This document shows, one piece after another, positions 23,814 to 37,628 of a stretch of DNA of 50,775 nt. The stretch comes from Hydrurus foetidus. Taxonomy: Eukaryota. The notes beneath the pieces were generated by a model. That model did not search any database, had not been told where the DNA came from, and saw nothing but the letters and a program-made list of their open reading frames with translations. Numbering within the stretch: the first letter of the stretch is position 1; every line of letters begins with the position of its first letter. The position numbers and the translations under genes are program-made. The DNA lies in contig UYFQ01000833.1 in the NCBI GenBank assembly GCA_900617105.1, positions 1-50,775 of the forward strand, given 5' to 3'.

Positions 23814-26800
23814 ATGTCTCCTTCCAAAATGTTCCAATTTTTCCTCGGAATTCTGTTTTTCTACACCGCAGTGGAGAGAGGTCGATCTCGATGTATGGAT
23901 CCGTCGGCGGGTTGCACGGAGATAGAGCCGGGTTATGATGATAACTCGAATTATACTCATATTTTTAAGTCAGGAATGCCTCAGCTAACATCACGCACCG
24001 ATTTGAAGAAGACGGGCCGACCAGACGACAATTACATTCATGAGGTCATTTTCGTTATCCAGTCGAAAAATATGGACGAATTGACACGTATAGTTCACGA
24101 CGTCTCTGATCCAGAAAGTGTTAACTACGGCCAGCACATGACGAAGGAAGGTGTCGTGGAGTTGACATCTAATCCGGAATCTGCTGCTGCAGTGAGCTCT
24201 TATTTGCATGCTTATGGCGCCACAGTGACGTCGGTAACTCCTGGTGACGAATACATCACAGCTCAGGCTCCAATATCTGTGTGGGATAGACTCTTCAATA
24301 CAAATTTTCACATATTCCATCAGACGCATCTCGATGGTGATGTGAGCGAGGTTGTCAGGGCAGAAGAATATTGGATATCGAAGGAAATAGACTCGCATGT
24401 GCTTTGTGTGATGAACACCGTTGAAATGCCTGTAGTACAGAAATGGGGACGGTCAGAAGTAGTCGATGCTGGGAGCACTAGGAAGAGAAGACTCCAAATA
24501 CCTGGGCTGTTGCACGAGCAATTGATCACTCCCGCGAGACTGAGAATTTACTACAACATTAGTAACAGTAAAGGTAACAGTTTATCTACCCAGTTGGTCT
24601 TCGGGAACCCGGATAGTTATTTCAGTCCTTTACGTCTAAGGTGGTTTCAAGGGAATGTGTCAATGCAACCATTTCAAGCGCCTCTCATACAGTTTCCGAA
24701 TGACGGTCATACCAAAGATGACGCAGGCGACACTCCACAAGGAAAATTCAGTGAAATAAACTTGGACATGCAATACATAATGGCGATGTCTCCGGGATCG
24801 CCCACTACATACTGGCGCTACGATGATCTAGGTATATCTAGATTCATCAGAGATGTTGTAAATTCACCAAGACCTTCCTTAGTGATAAGCATCAGTTATG
24901 CCATCGGCGAGCAATACGTTTCCCCTGCAGAGTGGTATATTTACGACGATTGGATAGTGAAGGCGAGTGCTATAGGCATGACAGTATTTAGCGCATCTGG
25001 TGACCAAGGTGCAGTCAGTGGTGGCATCAATGGAGTGTTGAGTCGCTGTAAGTACGAGCCGAACTATCCTAACTGCAGCCCATACACCGTATCAGTCGGA
25101 GGCACTACGGTAAGCACAGCTAACGTTATCTTGTGAAATGCGGAATTATGTTACTTATTTGGATATGTTGCATGTGATTTGCTGCACAAAGTAATGAAGA
25201 AGAGAGAAGGAAGTATTACTGGATGCATTTGATGTATTTTCTCGTACACTCAAAATTTCGATTCTAATTTCTTGTAGGGTGCATTGAATTATGTTGAAGA
25301 AACTGTTTGCGCTTTCAACACCGGCCAAGTTATAACGGGTGGTGGAGGGTTCTCCACTAGATATTCCCGACCTTACTATCAAAATGAGGCTGTCAAGAGG
25401 TACTTCGAAGAAGTGTCCCGATCACCGAATAAGCCTGTTGCAGGGTACAATGCGGGAGGTAGAGGATATCCTGACGTGTCTTTCGAGGCTAACATGTACA
25501 GAACGCAGCAGATGACAGAACTGAGTTCAACAGGCGCTGGCTCGTCTGGCACCTCCGCCTCTTGTCCTGTCGCAGCAGGCATATTCTCCAATATCAATGC
25601 TGCTCGTCTAGCTGCAGGAAAGGGATCTGTCGGTTGGGTCAACCCAACGCTCTACGCATACGCTTCCCAATTTGTTAACGACATAACCAAAGGAAACAAT
25701 AAGGACGGTCCGACATGCCCCCAAGGCTTCTACGCTACGCCAGGGTGGGACCCCGCATCAGGACTCGGATCAGTCAATTACGGCAAGTTTGAAGCAGTGA
25801 TGCTCTCTCTCGGTAGCCCTATCACCAAGAATCCCACTCGTCAGCCAACGCAAGATCCTGATGATGATCCAGATTTCAAAGAAGAAATCCGAACTTTGCA
25901 GCCGATAAGAAGACCAACTCCCATTCCGTCGAGTATGAAAGTAAACAATCCGACTACAAAACCAACAGGATTGCCAACTAAAATCAGAACATTAATGCCA
26001 ATCAGTTTCCCAACGATACTGCCGTCAGCCATGCCGTCAGCATCGCCGACTGATACTGATACTGAGACACCCACATCACTGCCCAGCAGATGTCCCACGT
26101 CACTGCCGATAGCGACACCGTCAGCGGCACCATCAGTGTCGCCGACTGATGCTGATATTGAGACTGAGACTGATACACCCACATCACTGCCCAGCAGATG
26201 TCCCACGTTACTGCCGATAGCGACACCGTCAGCGGCACCATCAGCGTCGCCGACTAATACTGAGACTAAGACACCCACATCACTGCCCAGCAGATGTCCC
26301 ACGTCACTGCCGATAGCGACACCGTCAGCGGCACCATCAGCGTCGCCGACTGATACTGGACTGAGATACACCCACATCACTGCCCAGCAGATGTCCCACG
26401 TCACTGCCGATAGCGACACCGTCAGCAGCACCATCAGCGTCGCCGACTGATACTGAGACTGAGACTGATACACCCACATCACTGCCCAGCAGATGTCCCA
26501 CGTCACTGCCGATAGCGACACCGTCAGCGGCACCATCAGCGTCGCCGACTGATACTGAGACTAAGACACCCACATCACTGCCCAGCAGATGTCCCACGTC
26601 ACTGCCGATAGCGACACCGTCAGCGGCACCATCAGCGTCGCCGACTGATACTGAGACTGAGACTGATACACCCACATCACTGCCCAGCAGATGTCCCACG
26701 TCACTGCCGATAGCGACACCGTCAGCGGCACCATCAGCGTCGCCGACTGATACTGAGACTGAGACTGATACACCCACATCACTGCCCAGCAGATGTCCCA

Positions 26801-29800
26801 CGTCACTGCCGATAGCGACACCGTCAGCGGCACCATCAGCGTCGCCGACTGATACTGAGACTAAGACACCCACATCACTGCCCAGCAGATGTCCCACGTC
26901 ACTGCCGATAGCGACACCGTCAGCGGCACCATCAGCGTCGCCGACTGATACTGAGACTGAGACTGATACACCCACATCACTGCCCAGCAGATGTCCCACG
27001 TTACTGCCGATAGCGACACCGTCAGCGGCACCATCAGCGTCGCCGACTGATGCCGATACTGAGACTAAGACACCCACATCACTGCCCAGCAGATGTCCCA
27101 CGTCACTGCCGATAGCGACACCGTCAGCGGCACCATCAGCGTCGCCGACTGATACTGAGACTGAGAGATACACCCACATCACTGCCCAGCAGATGTCCCA
27201 CGTTACTACCGATAGCGACACCGTCAGCGGCACCATCAGCGTCGCCGACTGATACTGATTGAGACTGATACACCCACATCACTGCCCAGCAGATGTCCCA
27301 CGTCACTGCCGATAGCGACACCGTCAGCGGCACCATCAGCGTCGCCGACTGATACTGAGAGACTGATACACCCACATCACTGCCCAGCAGATGTCCCACG
27401 TCACTGCCGATAGCGACACCGTCAGCGGCACCATCAGCGTCGCCGACTGATACTGAGACTGATACACCCACATCACTGCCCAGCAGATGTCCCACGTCAC
27501 TGCCGATAGCGACACCGTCAGCGGCACCATCAGCGTCGCCGACTGATACTGGACTGAGACTGATACACCCACATCACTGCCCAGCAGATGTCCCACGTCA
27601 CTGCCGATAGCGACACCGTCAGCGGCACCATCAGCGTCGCCGACTGATACTGGTATTGAGACTGATACACCCACATCACTGCCCAGCAGATGTCCCACGT
27701 CACTGCCGATAGCGACACCGTCAGCGGCACCATCAGCGTCGCCGACTGATACTGAGACTGAGACTGACACCCACATCACTGCCCAGCAGATGTCCCACGT
27801 CACTGCCGATAGCGACACCGTCAGCGGCACCATCAGCGTCGCCGACTGATACTGATACTGAGACTGATACACCCACATCACTGCCCAGCAGATGTCCCAC
27901 GTCACTGCCGATAGCGACACCGTCAGCGGCACCATCAGCGTCGCCGACTGATACTGAGACTGAGACTGATACACCCACATCACTGCCCAGCAGATGTCCC
28001 ACGTCACTGCCGATAGCGACACCGTCAGCGGCACCATCAGCGTCGCCGACTGATACTGAGACTGAGACACCCACATCACTGCCCAGCAGATGTCCCACGT
28101 CACTGCCGATAGCGACACCGTCAGCGGCACCATCAGCGTCGCCGACTGATACTGAGTACTGAGACTGATACACCCACATCACTGCCCAGCAGATGTCCCA
28201 CGTCACTGCCGATAGCGACACCGTCAGCGGCACCATCAGCGTCGCCGACTGATACTGAGACTGAGACTGATACACCCACATCACTGCCCAGCAGATGTCC
28301 CACGTTACTGCCGATAGCGACACCGTCAGCGGCACCATCAGCGTCGCCGACTGATACTGAGACTAAGACACCCACATCACTGCCCAGCAGATGTCCCACG
28401 TCACTGCCGATAGCGACACCGTCAGCGGCACCATCAGCGTCGCCGACTGATACTGAGACTAAGACACCCACATCACTGCCCAGCAGATGTCCCACGTCAC
28501 TGCCGATAGCGACACCGTCAGCGGCACCATCAGCGTCGCCGACTGATACTGATACTGAGACTGATACACCCACATCACTGCCCAGCAGATGTCCCACGTC
28601 ACTGCCGATAGCGACACCGTCAGCAGCACCATCAGCGTCGCCGACTGATACTGGTATTGAGACTGATACACCCACATCACTGCCCAGCAGATGTCCCACG
28701 TCACTGCCGATAGCGACACCGTCAGCGGCACCATCAGCGTCGCCGACTGATACTGAGACTGAGACACCCACATCACTGCCCAGCAGATGTCCCACGTCAC
28801 TGCCGATAGCGACACCGTCAGCGGCACCATCAGCGTCGCCGACTGATACTGAGACTGAGACTGATACACCCACATCACTGCCCAGCAGATGTCCCACGTC
28901 ACTGCCGATAGCGACACCGTCAGCGGCACCATCAGCGTCGCCGACTGATACTGAGACTGAGACTGATACACCCACATCACTGCCCAGCAGATGTCCCACG
29001 TCACTGCCGATAGCGACACCGTCAGCGGCACCATCAGCGTCGCCGACTGATACTGAGACTGAGACTGACACCCACATCACTGCCCAGCAGATGTCCCACG
29101 TCACTGCCGATAGCGACACCGTCAGCGGCACCATCAGCGTCGCCGACTGATACTGGTATTGAGACTGATACACCCACATCACTGCCCAGCAGATGTCCCA
29201 CGTCACTGCCGATAGCGACACCGTCAGCAGCACCATCAGCGTCGCCGACTGATACTGAGACTGAGACTGATACACCCACATCACTGCCCAGCAGATGTCC
29301 CACGTTACTGCCGATAGCGACACCGTCAGCGGCACCATCAGCGTCGCCGACTGATACTGAGACTAAGACACCCACATCACTGCCCAGCAGATGTCCCACG
29401 TCACTGCCGATAGCGACACCGTCAGCGGCACCATCAGCGTCGCCGACTGATACTGGTATTGAGACTAAGACACCCACATCACTGCCCAGCAGATGTCCCA
29501 CGTCACTACCGATAGCGACACCGTCAGCAGCACCATCAGCGTCGCCGACTGATACTGAGACTGAGGCTGATACACCCACATCACTGCCCAGCAGATGTCC
29601 CACGTCACTGCCGATAGCGACACCGTCAGCAGCACCATCAGCGTCGCCGACTGATACTGAGACTGATACACCCACATCACTGCCCAGCAGATGTCCCACG
29701 TCACTGCCGATAGCGACACCGTCAGCGGCACCATCAGCGTCGCCGACTGATGCCGAGACTGAGACTAAGACACCCACATCACTGCCCAGCAGATGTCCCA

Positions 29801-32800
29801 CGTCACTGCCGATAGCGACACCGTCAGCGGCACCATCAGCGTCGCCGACTGATACTGAGACTAAGACACCCACATCACTGCCCAGCAGATGTCCCACGTC
29901 ACTACCGATAGCGACACCGTCAGCAGCACCATCAGCGTCGCCGACTGATACTGAGACTGAGACTGATACACCCACATCACTGCCCAGCAGATGTCCCACG
30001 TCACTGCCGATAGCGACACCGTCAGCGGCACCATCAGCGTCGCCGACTGATACTGAGACTGAGACTGATACACCCACATCACTGCCCAGCAGATGTCCCA
30101 CGTCACTGCCGATAGCGACACCGTCAGCGGCACCATCAGCGTCGCCGACTGATACTGGTACTGAGACTAAGACACCCACATCACTGCCCAGCAGATGTCC
30201 CACGTCACTGCCGATAGCGACACCGTCAGCGGCACCATCAGCGTCGCCGACTGATACTGAGACTGAAGACACCCACATCACTGCCCAGCAGATGTCCCAC
30301 GTCACTGCCGATAGCGACACCGTCAGCGGCACCATCAGCGTCGCCGACTGATACTGAGACTGAGACTGATACACCCACATCACTGCCCAGCAGATGTCCC
30401 ACGTCACTGCCGATAGCGACACCGTCAGCGGCACCATCAGCGTCGCCGACTGATACTGAGTATTGAGACTGATACACCCACATCACTGCCCAGCAGATGT
30501 CCCACGTCACTGCCGATAGCGACACCGTCAGCGGCACCATCAGCGTCGCCGACTGATACTGAGACTGAGGCTGATACACCCACATCACTGCCCAGCAGAT
30601 GTCCCACGTCACTGCCGATAGCGACACCGTCAGCGGCACCATCAGCGTCGCCGACTGATACTGAGACTGAACTGACACCCACATCACTGCCCAGCAGATG
30701 TCCCACGTCACTACCGATAGCGACACCGTCAGCAGCACCATCAGCGTCGCCGACTGATACTGGTATTGATACTGATACACCCACATCACTGCCCAGCAGA
30801 TGTCCCACGTCACTACCGATAGCGACACCGTCAGCAGCACCTCAGCGTCGCCGACTGATACTGACTGAGACTGATACACCCACATCACTGCCCAGCAGAT
30901 GTCCCACGTTACTGCCGATAGCGACACCGTCAGCGGCACCATCAGCGTCGCCGACTGATACTGGTATTGAGACTAAGACACCCACATCACTGCCCAGCAG
31001 ATGTCCCACGTCACTGCCGATAGCGACACCGTCAGCGGCACCATCAGCGTCGCCGACTGATACTGAGACTGATACTGATACACCCACATCACTGCCCAGC
31101 AGATGTCCCACGTTACTGCCGATAGCGACACCGTCAGCGGCACCATCAGCGTCGCCGACTGATACTGGTATTGAGACTAAGACACCCACATCACTGCCCA
31201 GCAGATGTCCCACGTCACTACCGATAGCGACACCGTCAGCGACAGCCTCAGTGTTGCCGACTCATACTGGTATTGAGACTAAGACACCCACATCACTGCC
31301 CAGCAGATGTCCCACGTCACTGCCGATAGCGACGCCATCAGCGGCACCATCAGCGTCGCCGACTGATACTGGTATTGATACTGATACACCCACATCACTG
31401 CCCAGCAGATGTCCCACGTTACTGCCGATAGCGACACCATCAGCGTCGCCGACTAATACTGATCCTCAGACTGATACTGAGACTGAGACTGATACACCCA
31501 CATCACTGCCCAGCAGATGTCCCACGTCACTGCCGATAGCGACACCGTCAGCGGCACCATCAGCGTCGCCGACTGATGCCGATACTGAGACTGAGGCTGA
31601 GACACCCACATCACTGCCCAGCAGATGTCCCACGTTACTGCCGATAGCGACACCGTCAGCGGCACCATCAGCATCGCCGACTGATACTGAGACTGAGGCT
31701 GACACACCCACATCACTGCCCAGCAGATGTCCCACGTCACTGCCGATAGCGACACCGTCAGCGGCACCATCAGCGTCGCCGACTGATGCCGATACTGAGA
31801 CTAAGACACCCACATCACTGCCCAGCAGATGTCCCACGTCACTGCCGATAGCGACACCGTCAGCGGCACCATCAGCGTCGCCGACTGATACTGAGACTGA
31901 GGCTGATACACCCACATCACTGCCCAGCAGATGTTCCACGTCACTGCCGATAGCGACACCGTCAGCAGCACCATCAGCGTCGCCGACTGATGCCGATATT
32001 GAGACTGAGATACCAACTTGTCAACCTAGCAGACGTCCCACGTTGCTGCCGTCCGTCCTGCCGATTGTGGTGACTACGTCACGACCAAGCGGCTGTCCCA
32101 CATTGCTGCCGATAGCGACACCGTCGGCGGCACCCTTAGCGTCGTCGACTGATACTGATATTGAGACAGCGATACCAACAATTCAACCTAGCAGACGTCC
32201 CACGTTGCTGCCGTCCGTCGTACCCACTTTGGTGACAACGTCACGACCTAATAGCTGTCCCACGTTGCTGCCGGTAGCGATACCGTCAGCGTTGCCGACT
32301 GATCCTGAGATTGAGACAGAGGTACCAACAAATCAACCTAGCAGCAGTCCCTCTCTGCTGTCGGAAGATCTCACCTTATCATCTTCACCTTCAATTGCAC
32401 TGTCCCAGTCACCATCATTGTCACCACTACTATCAGGTAAAATAAATACAAAAACGCTGCCTAATACTAAATTTTATCCAGTCATCATTATTAATTACTC
32501 TTCCCACTGATTTTGCCTCTGTAGGTACCATTGCCCCGACAAGATCGATTTCTGGAATTGAATCTTCCATTCTAGCTTTTCAGGTAACGGAGTGAGGGAG
32601 GAAGTGTGTGTGTGTTTGTGTGCATGTGTGAGTGAGCGAGAAAGTGAGGGAGTCAGCGAGTGAGAAATTGAGCGAGTGAGTGACAAAGGGGGAGGGAGAG
32701 AAAGGGGGAGACGGAGTGAGTGAGTGAGTGAGTGAGGAAGAGAGGGAGTAAGTGGGTGAGTGAATGAATGAATGACTGAATGAGTGAGTGAAGGAGAGAG

Positions 32801-33953
32801 GGAGTAAGTGGGTGAGTGAGTGAATTAGGGAGTGAGTGAGGGAGGGAGGGAGTGAGTGAGTGAGTGATAGATTGACAATTGCATCTCTCAGTAGTGTGAG
32901 ACTTTCTCATCTTTCTTCTCTTCTTCTCCCTGCTGTGTAATTGTTCAATAGGTGATCACCGGTGTGACTCAAGCCGAAGCATCAACTGCATCTTTCTCGA
33001 AAGCAGTGATAGAAAGCGTCTCAGAAGTGCTTGGGTTGTCACCTGGTGCCGTTACAGGGGATGTGATCATAGGCAACAGGCGATCTCTCCTCACTTCCGT
33101 CAGCATGCTCTACAATGTCCGTGTTATCAGTGAAATGTCAAGTTCAACCGTCATCCGTCAATTACAGCGGGCAATGTCAAGCGGTGCTTTTCTATCCTTA
33201 TTGATTAGCAAAACCAACCTTCCCATCACCAGTCTGTCAACCATATCAATTATTGATGCGACCCCCACTAGAGCTCCCATTGTCGCTCTTCAGGCCTCTG
33301 CTATATCGCCAGGTACAAACATCAATCATATTGTCCATTTCTTAATCTGAAAAATTCTGTATATTTGGCTGCCTTGATTTCGTCTGTTTCGGCTCTGCCT
33401 TGAGCACAAGTATATTGGTCATAATGCGCGCGTAAAGTGTGTGTTAATTAGTTAATTACTTGGTTAGCTAATTAATTTCTTACTTAGCTAGTTAATTAGT
33501 TAGTTAGTTAGTTAGTTAGTTAGTGAGTTAGTGAGTTAGTAGCGTCTTGTGTTGCTAGGTATTGACTCCGCCTATTGTATCTCCTCTCGATGTCGCTGTC
33601 TGTCAGTACTGCATGATGTCTGCACTTAAAGGCGACTTTCTCTTGGATGCAGTAAGAGCCTGGTATCTCTATCATTCCCTCCTTCTTTGTTTGTTTCTCT
33701 TAGCCTGAAAGGGTGTGAGGTTTATAATCCCGTTTCAATATTGACAGATTCGCCTTCATCTCCATCAAGCGTATACATCGGTACAATCGCTGGCAGTACC
33801 ATAGGAGCATTTCTCCTCATCTTGGCATGCATCATCGTGTACTGCTGTATGTTTCAAAAGAACAAAAGGTTTTCTCCTGTACAGTCCAGACAGGACCACT
33901 CACTCGAAGAAGATTTAATCCCAGGACTCAACTCTCATAACGTGATGGTATAA
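23814..33953 (+). CDS. Sedolisin (peptidase S53, tripeptidyl-peptidase-like) with prodomain, Pro/Thr/Ser stalk and C-terminal TM; exons 23814-25109, 25278-32436, 32525-32583, 32952-33312, 33748-33953
   Basis: Signal peptide; prodomain VSDPESVNYGQHMT; catalytic motifs EINLDMQY, ASGDQG, GRGYPDVS, GTSASCP; Ca-site GWDPASGLGS; TM IAGSTIGAFLLILACIIVYCCMF. Frameshifts occur only inside the repeat. Confidence 0.9.
26030..32340 (+). repeat. Coding tandem array, about 60 units of 96-102 bp (TPTSLPSRCPTSLPIATPSAAPSASPTDTETETD)
   Basis: Near-identical units with length variation in a GAGACT/GATACT hexamer tract. Copy number is estimated from span divided by unit length. Confidence 0.97.
32590..32870. 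repeat. (GAGT)n-rich intronic low-complexity tract
   Basis: Direct reading of the sequence. Confidence 0.8.
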
Positions 33954-35011
33954 AGTGTAAATACACGGTATGATGTGTTTGTGACAACGTATGAAATACA
34001 CACACCACTACTAACTGTGTGGGAGGTAGGGATTAGTGAAGCAATCCTATTGCCTACATAGATAGGCTACTGACAGAATGGCGCTAGACAGTCATTCAGA
34101 ATATGGAAAATCAGACAGACAGACTGTGTTGTGGAACAGATATCATTTGAGATAGATATCATTCTGCATGACATTTCACCCTATATAGGACCCCTTTCTT
34201 AAGGACAAAGAAAGAAATAGAAGTGAAGATCTGAAACACATGTTTCACTATTAACCCTAGATATGCCAATAGGATGTGCAAGATTCCTTCTCATGCTCGA
34301 GACAGAACAGCTACTTACAGTGCTCCCTAGATATCGTAACAATTGTCTCATATTGACGCAAATTTACTTGCTTTTGTCTTTATGGTCAGTATTACATACG
34401 CCCTTTACCTACTGTTTACTTCGATATGATACTCCACTTATTTTACCGCACCATCGACATAGACGGCCATACACTCCCAAATTCTTTACTTATATGTCTT
34501 ATTCTTATTTCGTTATCTTTTACGTACTTCAATGCATTTCGCTATTGACGCTGACAACTGATATTCCGACAGTATTGATTAGAAATGAATGAACTCATCC
34601 AGTGCGTGACGTTTACTACTCTTGTTTCTCTTACCGAGCGCACACTGGTCTTTCCTCTTTCATTCTCACATGCTGACTGCCGGATATTTGGTTGAGTTCG
34701 CATTGTTGTGAACGACTTATAAAATATAATGCTCTGTAAATGCATACGGAATAACTCCTCGTTTTTCGTACGCCTAAATACGACTAGAATATGAATAGAA
34801 TATGAATCAACTTATGATTTTATGATGTAAATTAAATATAGAATACTATCGCCAATTATGGCGCGCGAAATCAAATAATTGTTTCTCTTCATAGACAAAA
34901 AATTGACAGAATTTTTATCACCGTGCTCCTCTGTTCTGTACTGTACGTGACAGACAGACAGCGTAATTAAATCCTTTTCACGAATTCTGTACTGAACTGA
35001 TGGGAGTGAGA

Positions 35012-35112
35012 ATCCAGCCCCGCGACCCATCCTTTTTTGCGACCCTTTTCACTTAACCTCTTACCCTAAGCCTAATGTAATCCCAATGCAGTCCTGAGTC
35101 GCGGGGCTGGAT
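35012..35112. repeat. 15-bp perfect inverted repeat enclosing 71 bp (possible mini-MITE)
   Basis: ATCCAGCCCCGCGAC (35012-35026) and GTCGCGGGGCTGGAT (35098-35112). Confidence 0.65.
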
Positions 35113-35726
35113 AAAATTTCTGATTAACTGAGAATGTTACAATTGATTCAATGAGAACACACTTTCTTGCTCAGTGGTCTAGGAAGTGTGGGTATTACCA
35201 AAACAGAATAAAGTGTCCGAAATACAGACTGGGAACAGTTTGGGGGGCAGGTAACATCACCACTTCCACTTTGAATTCGTGTGTGTATTCTCGAACACTT
35301 TAATCTATTTTGGTAAAATGTCAAAATCTTGCATAGTAATCTAGATAGCATTGTAATTCAAAAGGACTACCACTGACAGAATATTCAAATATTTCAAAAA
35401 AAACAGAGAGAACCTTGATGTCTGCATGTACTCGAGATCACACTCGAATCTCTGAGACGAGTTGTGAGATATTCGAGAGAACCTACCAAATGCCCTCTCA
35501 GAATCGTCACACTTCGGTCTATGTTGCAGTACAGGGTACTGGATATGACAGCACCACACGTACTATTTTCATTTTTTCTTTTTTCTACAAAATCCAATAT
35601 TTTTCGCCGGAATACTTCGCCGACCCTGGATCCACAAGATTCTGTCATAGCTGGCAGTGATTTCCACTCCGCCAAAGCATTAGTCGACAACGCTTTTAAA
35701 ACATCATCGAGCATTAATTTGTTAAC

Positions 35727-37625
35727 ATGAGTCTATCGTATCGCGAGGCTGGTACTGGTGGTCATGCCAGATCGACTATGTTGGGCAAAACTTCAGCTTT
35801 GAACCACTTTGTTACTTTTTTGGGAACCAAAAATCTTGTCTACGAGGCCTGCGGACAAGATGAACTGTGCAATGAGAGCAATCTTCGACAGTTTGGCACG
35901 TACCTAATTGAGCATGCTTTGGCGGCCGACACCGGTTTGCCTCTCGCGAGAGATACGGCAATTCAGTACTTTTCAGGGGTGACGAATGTACTGAAGGCTA
36001 AATACAAGGATGATAATCTTTTTAGGTCGTCTGAAACTTGGAACACAGAAGTGCGAGGTGACATAATGAAACTGATTGCCCGTCGGCATATTGTAAACGG
36101 AACAGAGGTCAAAGACAAATCTAAGGGTGTTGGTAGGCTTCTCATGATTGAAATTGGTCAAAAACTTCTTGATATCGGTACAATCAAATCGATTGAAACA
36201 AGAGCAATACTAAATACATCATATCATGCTGTTGGTCGCGGCGGTGAGGTCGCTTTACTCACTTGGCCGTGTCTTTACTGGAATTTCAATGAGGAACACC
36301 TTGGGGGCAAGTGAAACCAGCAAAAAACATCTGATGTTCAAGAAATGACTTTTTTTGCGGACTCTTCAGATTACAGAGTATGTGAGTTCCACAGTTTAGC
36401 ATCTTACTTAGTAGTAGGAGGTGGTGGTCGACATTTGTCATCTAGAACAGCTACATCATCACAATGGGTATTCCCCAGCTTGTCCAATATCAACGCGGCA
36501 TCAGCTATAACAGCTATGTTAAAGGAACTGGCACATAGAGTTGATGCGCTGCACCCCGATGTGTCTGCAACGGATATTCGTGTGGGAAGCTGCAACGACA
36601 TAGTCAATGCGGAAGGTGAGCGATAGATTTTCGAAGCGTTCTAAGCAAGTCAACCTCATTTGCTCGACTCTTAACTTTGAAGGTGGGGGTTTCGAAGTAT
36701 CCGTAGCGCGAGGAGGGTGGAAGACGAAAGGAGAATCTCTGTGTGCCTCGTTCGAATATTTCATGAACACGACCTTTGCAATCAGCACAGGTGGCCGGAT
36801 CCTGTCCGGGTACACCAATCCCCGTGCGCCATGCTTTCCGCCAAGATTAGAAGTCTTTGTAACAGATGAAAATCGAGATAAAGTCGCGAAAATGGTGGCG
36901 AATCTATTCAATCAAACCTTCGAGATATCATCGTCTCCTTCTTTGGGGAACTTTGCTAAGTCCTTGTTCGCCTGTCTCGTCCAGCATCACGAAGCCATGC
37001 AGCACTCTCATGGAATGGATCACATTATTGTCAGAAATGTGATTGCGAGTGCTCAAAAATTTGGAGTTACCATGACAGAGTTGTCTGATTGGGGTAACTT
37101 GGTTAGAGATGACTTTATCATGCGAAATGCCTCTAGACATTCGAGCGGTAACAGCACCATGGACTATCAGGTCCATTTCAATACGGTGAGTGCAAAGCAC
37201 CGAGTCAATGAATTGCATCTAATCTAAATTACTACAAAGTGAGGCACTGACTATCTTCATGAATATAACGCCAGGCATTGCAAAGAGAGATTATGAGTCT
37301 TAGGGCTGAAAACCTCAAAATGCAGAACGAGCAAAAAATACAGAACGAGATGCTGAAAGAAGTATTGCTACTGCTGCGAAAGAAAGAAGTGATGCAGTTA
37401 TCTCAATCTCCTCAACCAAGAAAAAGCTCGTCCAAATTACCGGTAAAACATTCTGTCTTCTCATATCACAGATTCCCGAATCTGAATAAACTAAAACAGT
37501 ACCCATCAACTTGCACATTTCTAGAGGGAGACTTCAGACGCAACTTCACCTGTTAAAGCCCCGGATGATCTAGTGAAAGTTTCGAACATTTCAAATCTAC
37601 TGGTTAGGTCAGGCAAAGGATATGA
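35727..37625 (+). pseudogene. Tyrosine recombinase, copy 1 (N-terminus present, 3'-truncated, one in-frame TGA at 36312-36314); introns 36616-36682, 37186-37274, 37443-37524
   Basis: Core-binding-like helices (ALNHFVTFL...LRQFGTYL...TAIQYFSGV) followed by catalytic-order motifs GRGGE, K*NQQKT, TDIRVG, ARGGW, FEY. The GT-AG introns join the listed ORFs in frame. Confidence 0.8.
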
Positions 37626-37628
37626 TTA

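Noticed and set aside
26030..32340. CRISPR-like array, or minus-strand VSVGDADGAADG proteins
   Set aside because: There are no unique spacers. The plus frame continues the sedolisin, and the minus ORFs are shadows of the repeat.
6272..36314. Alternative genetic code (TAG in Copia, TGA at 36312 in the YR)
   Set aside because: Each is a single transition in a TE. The host genes use TGA and TAA as normal stops.
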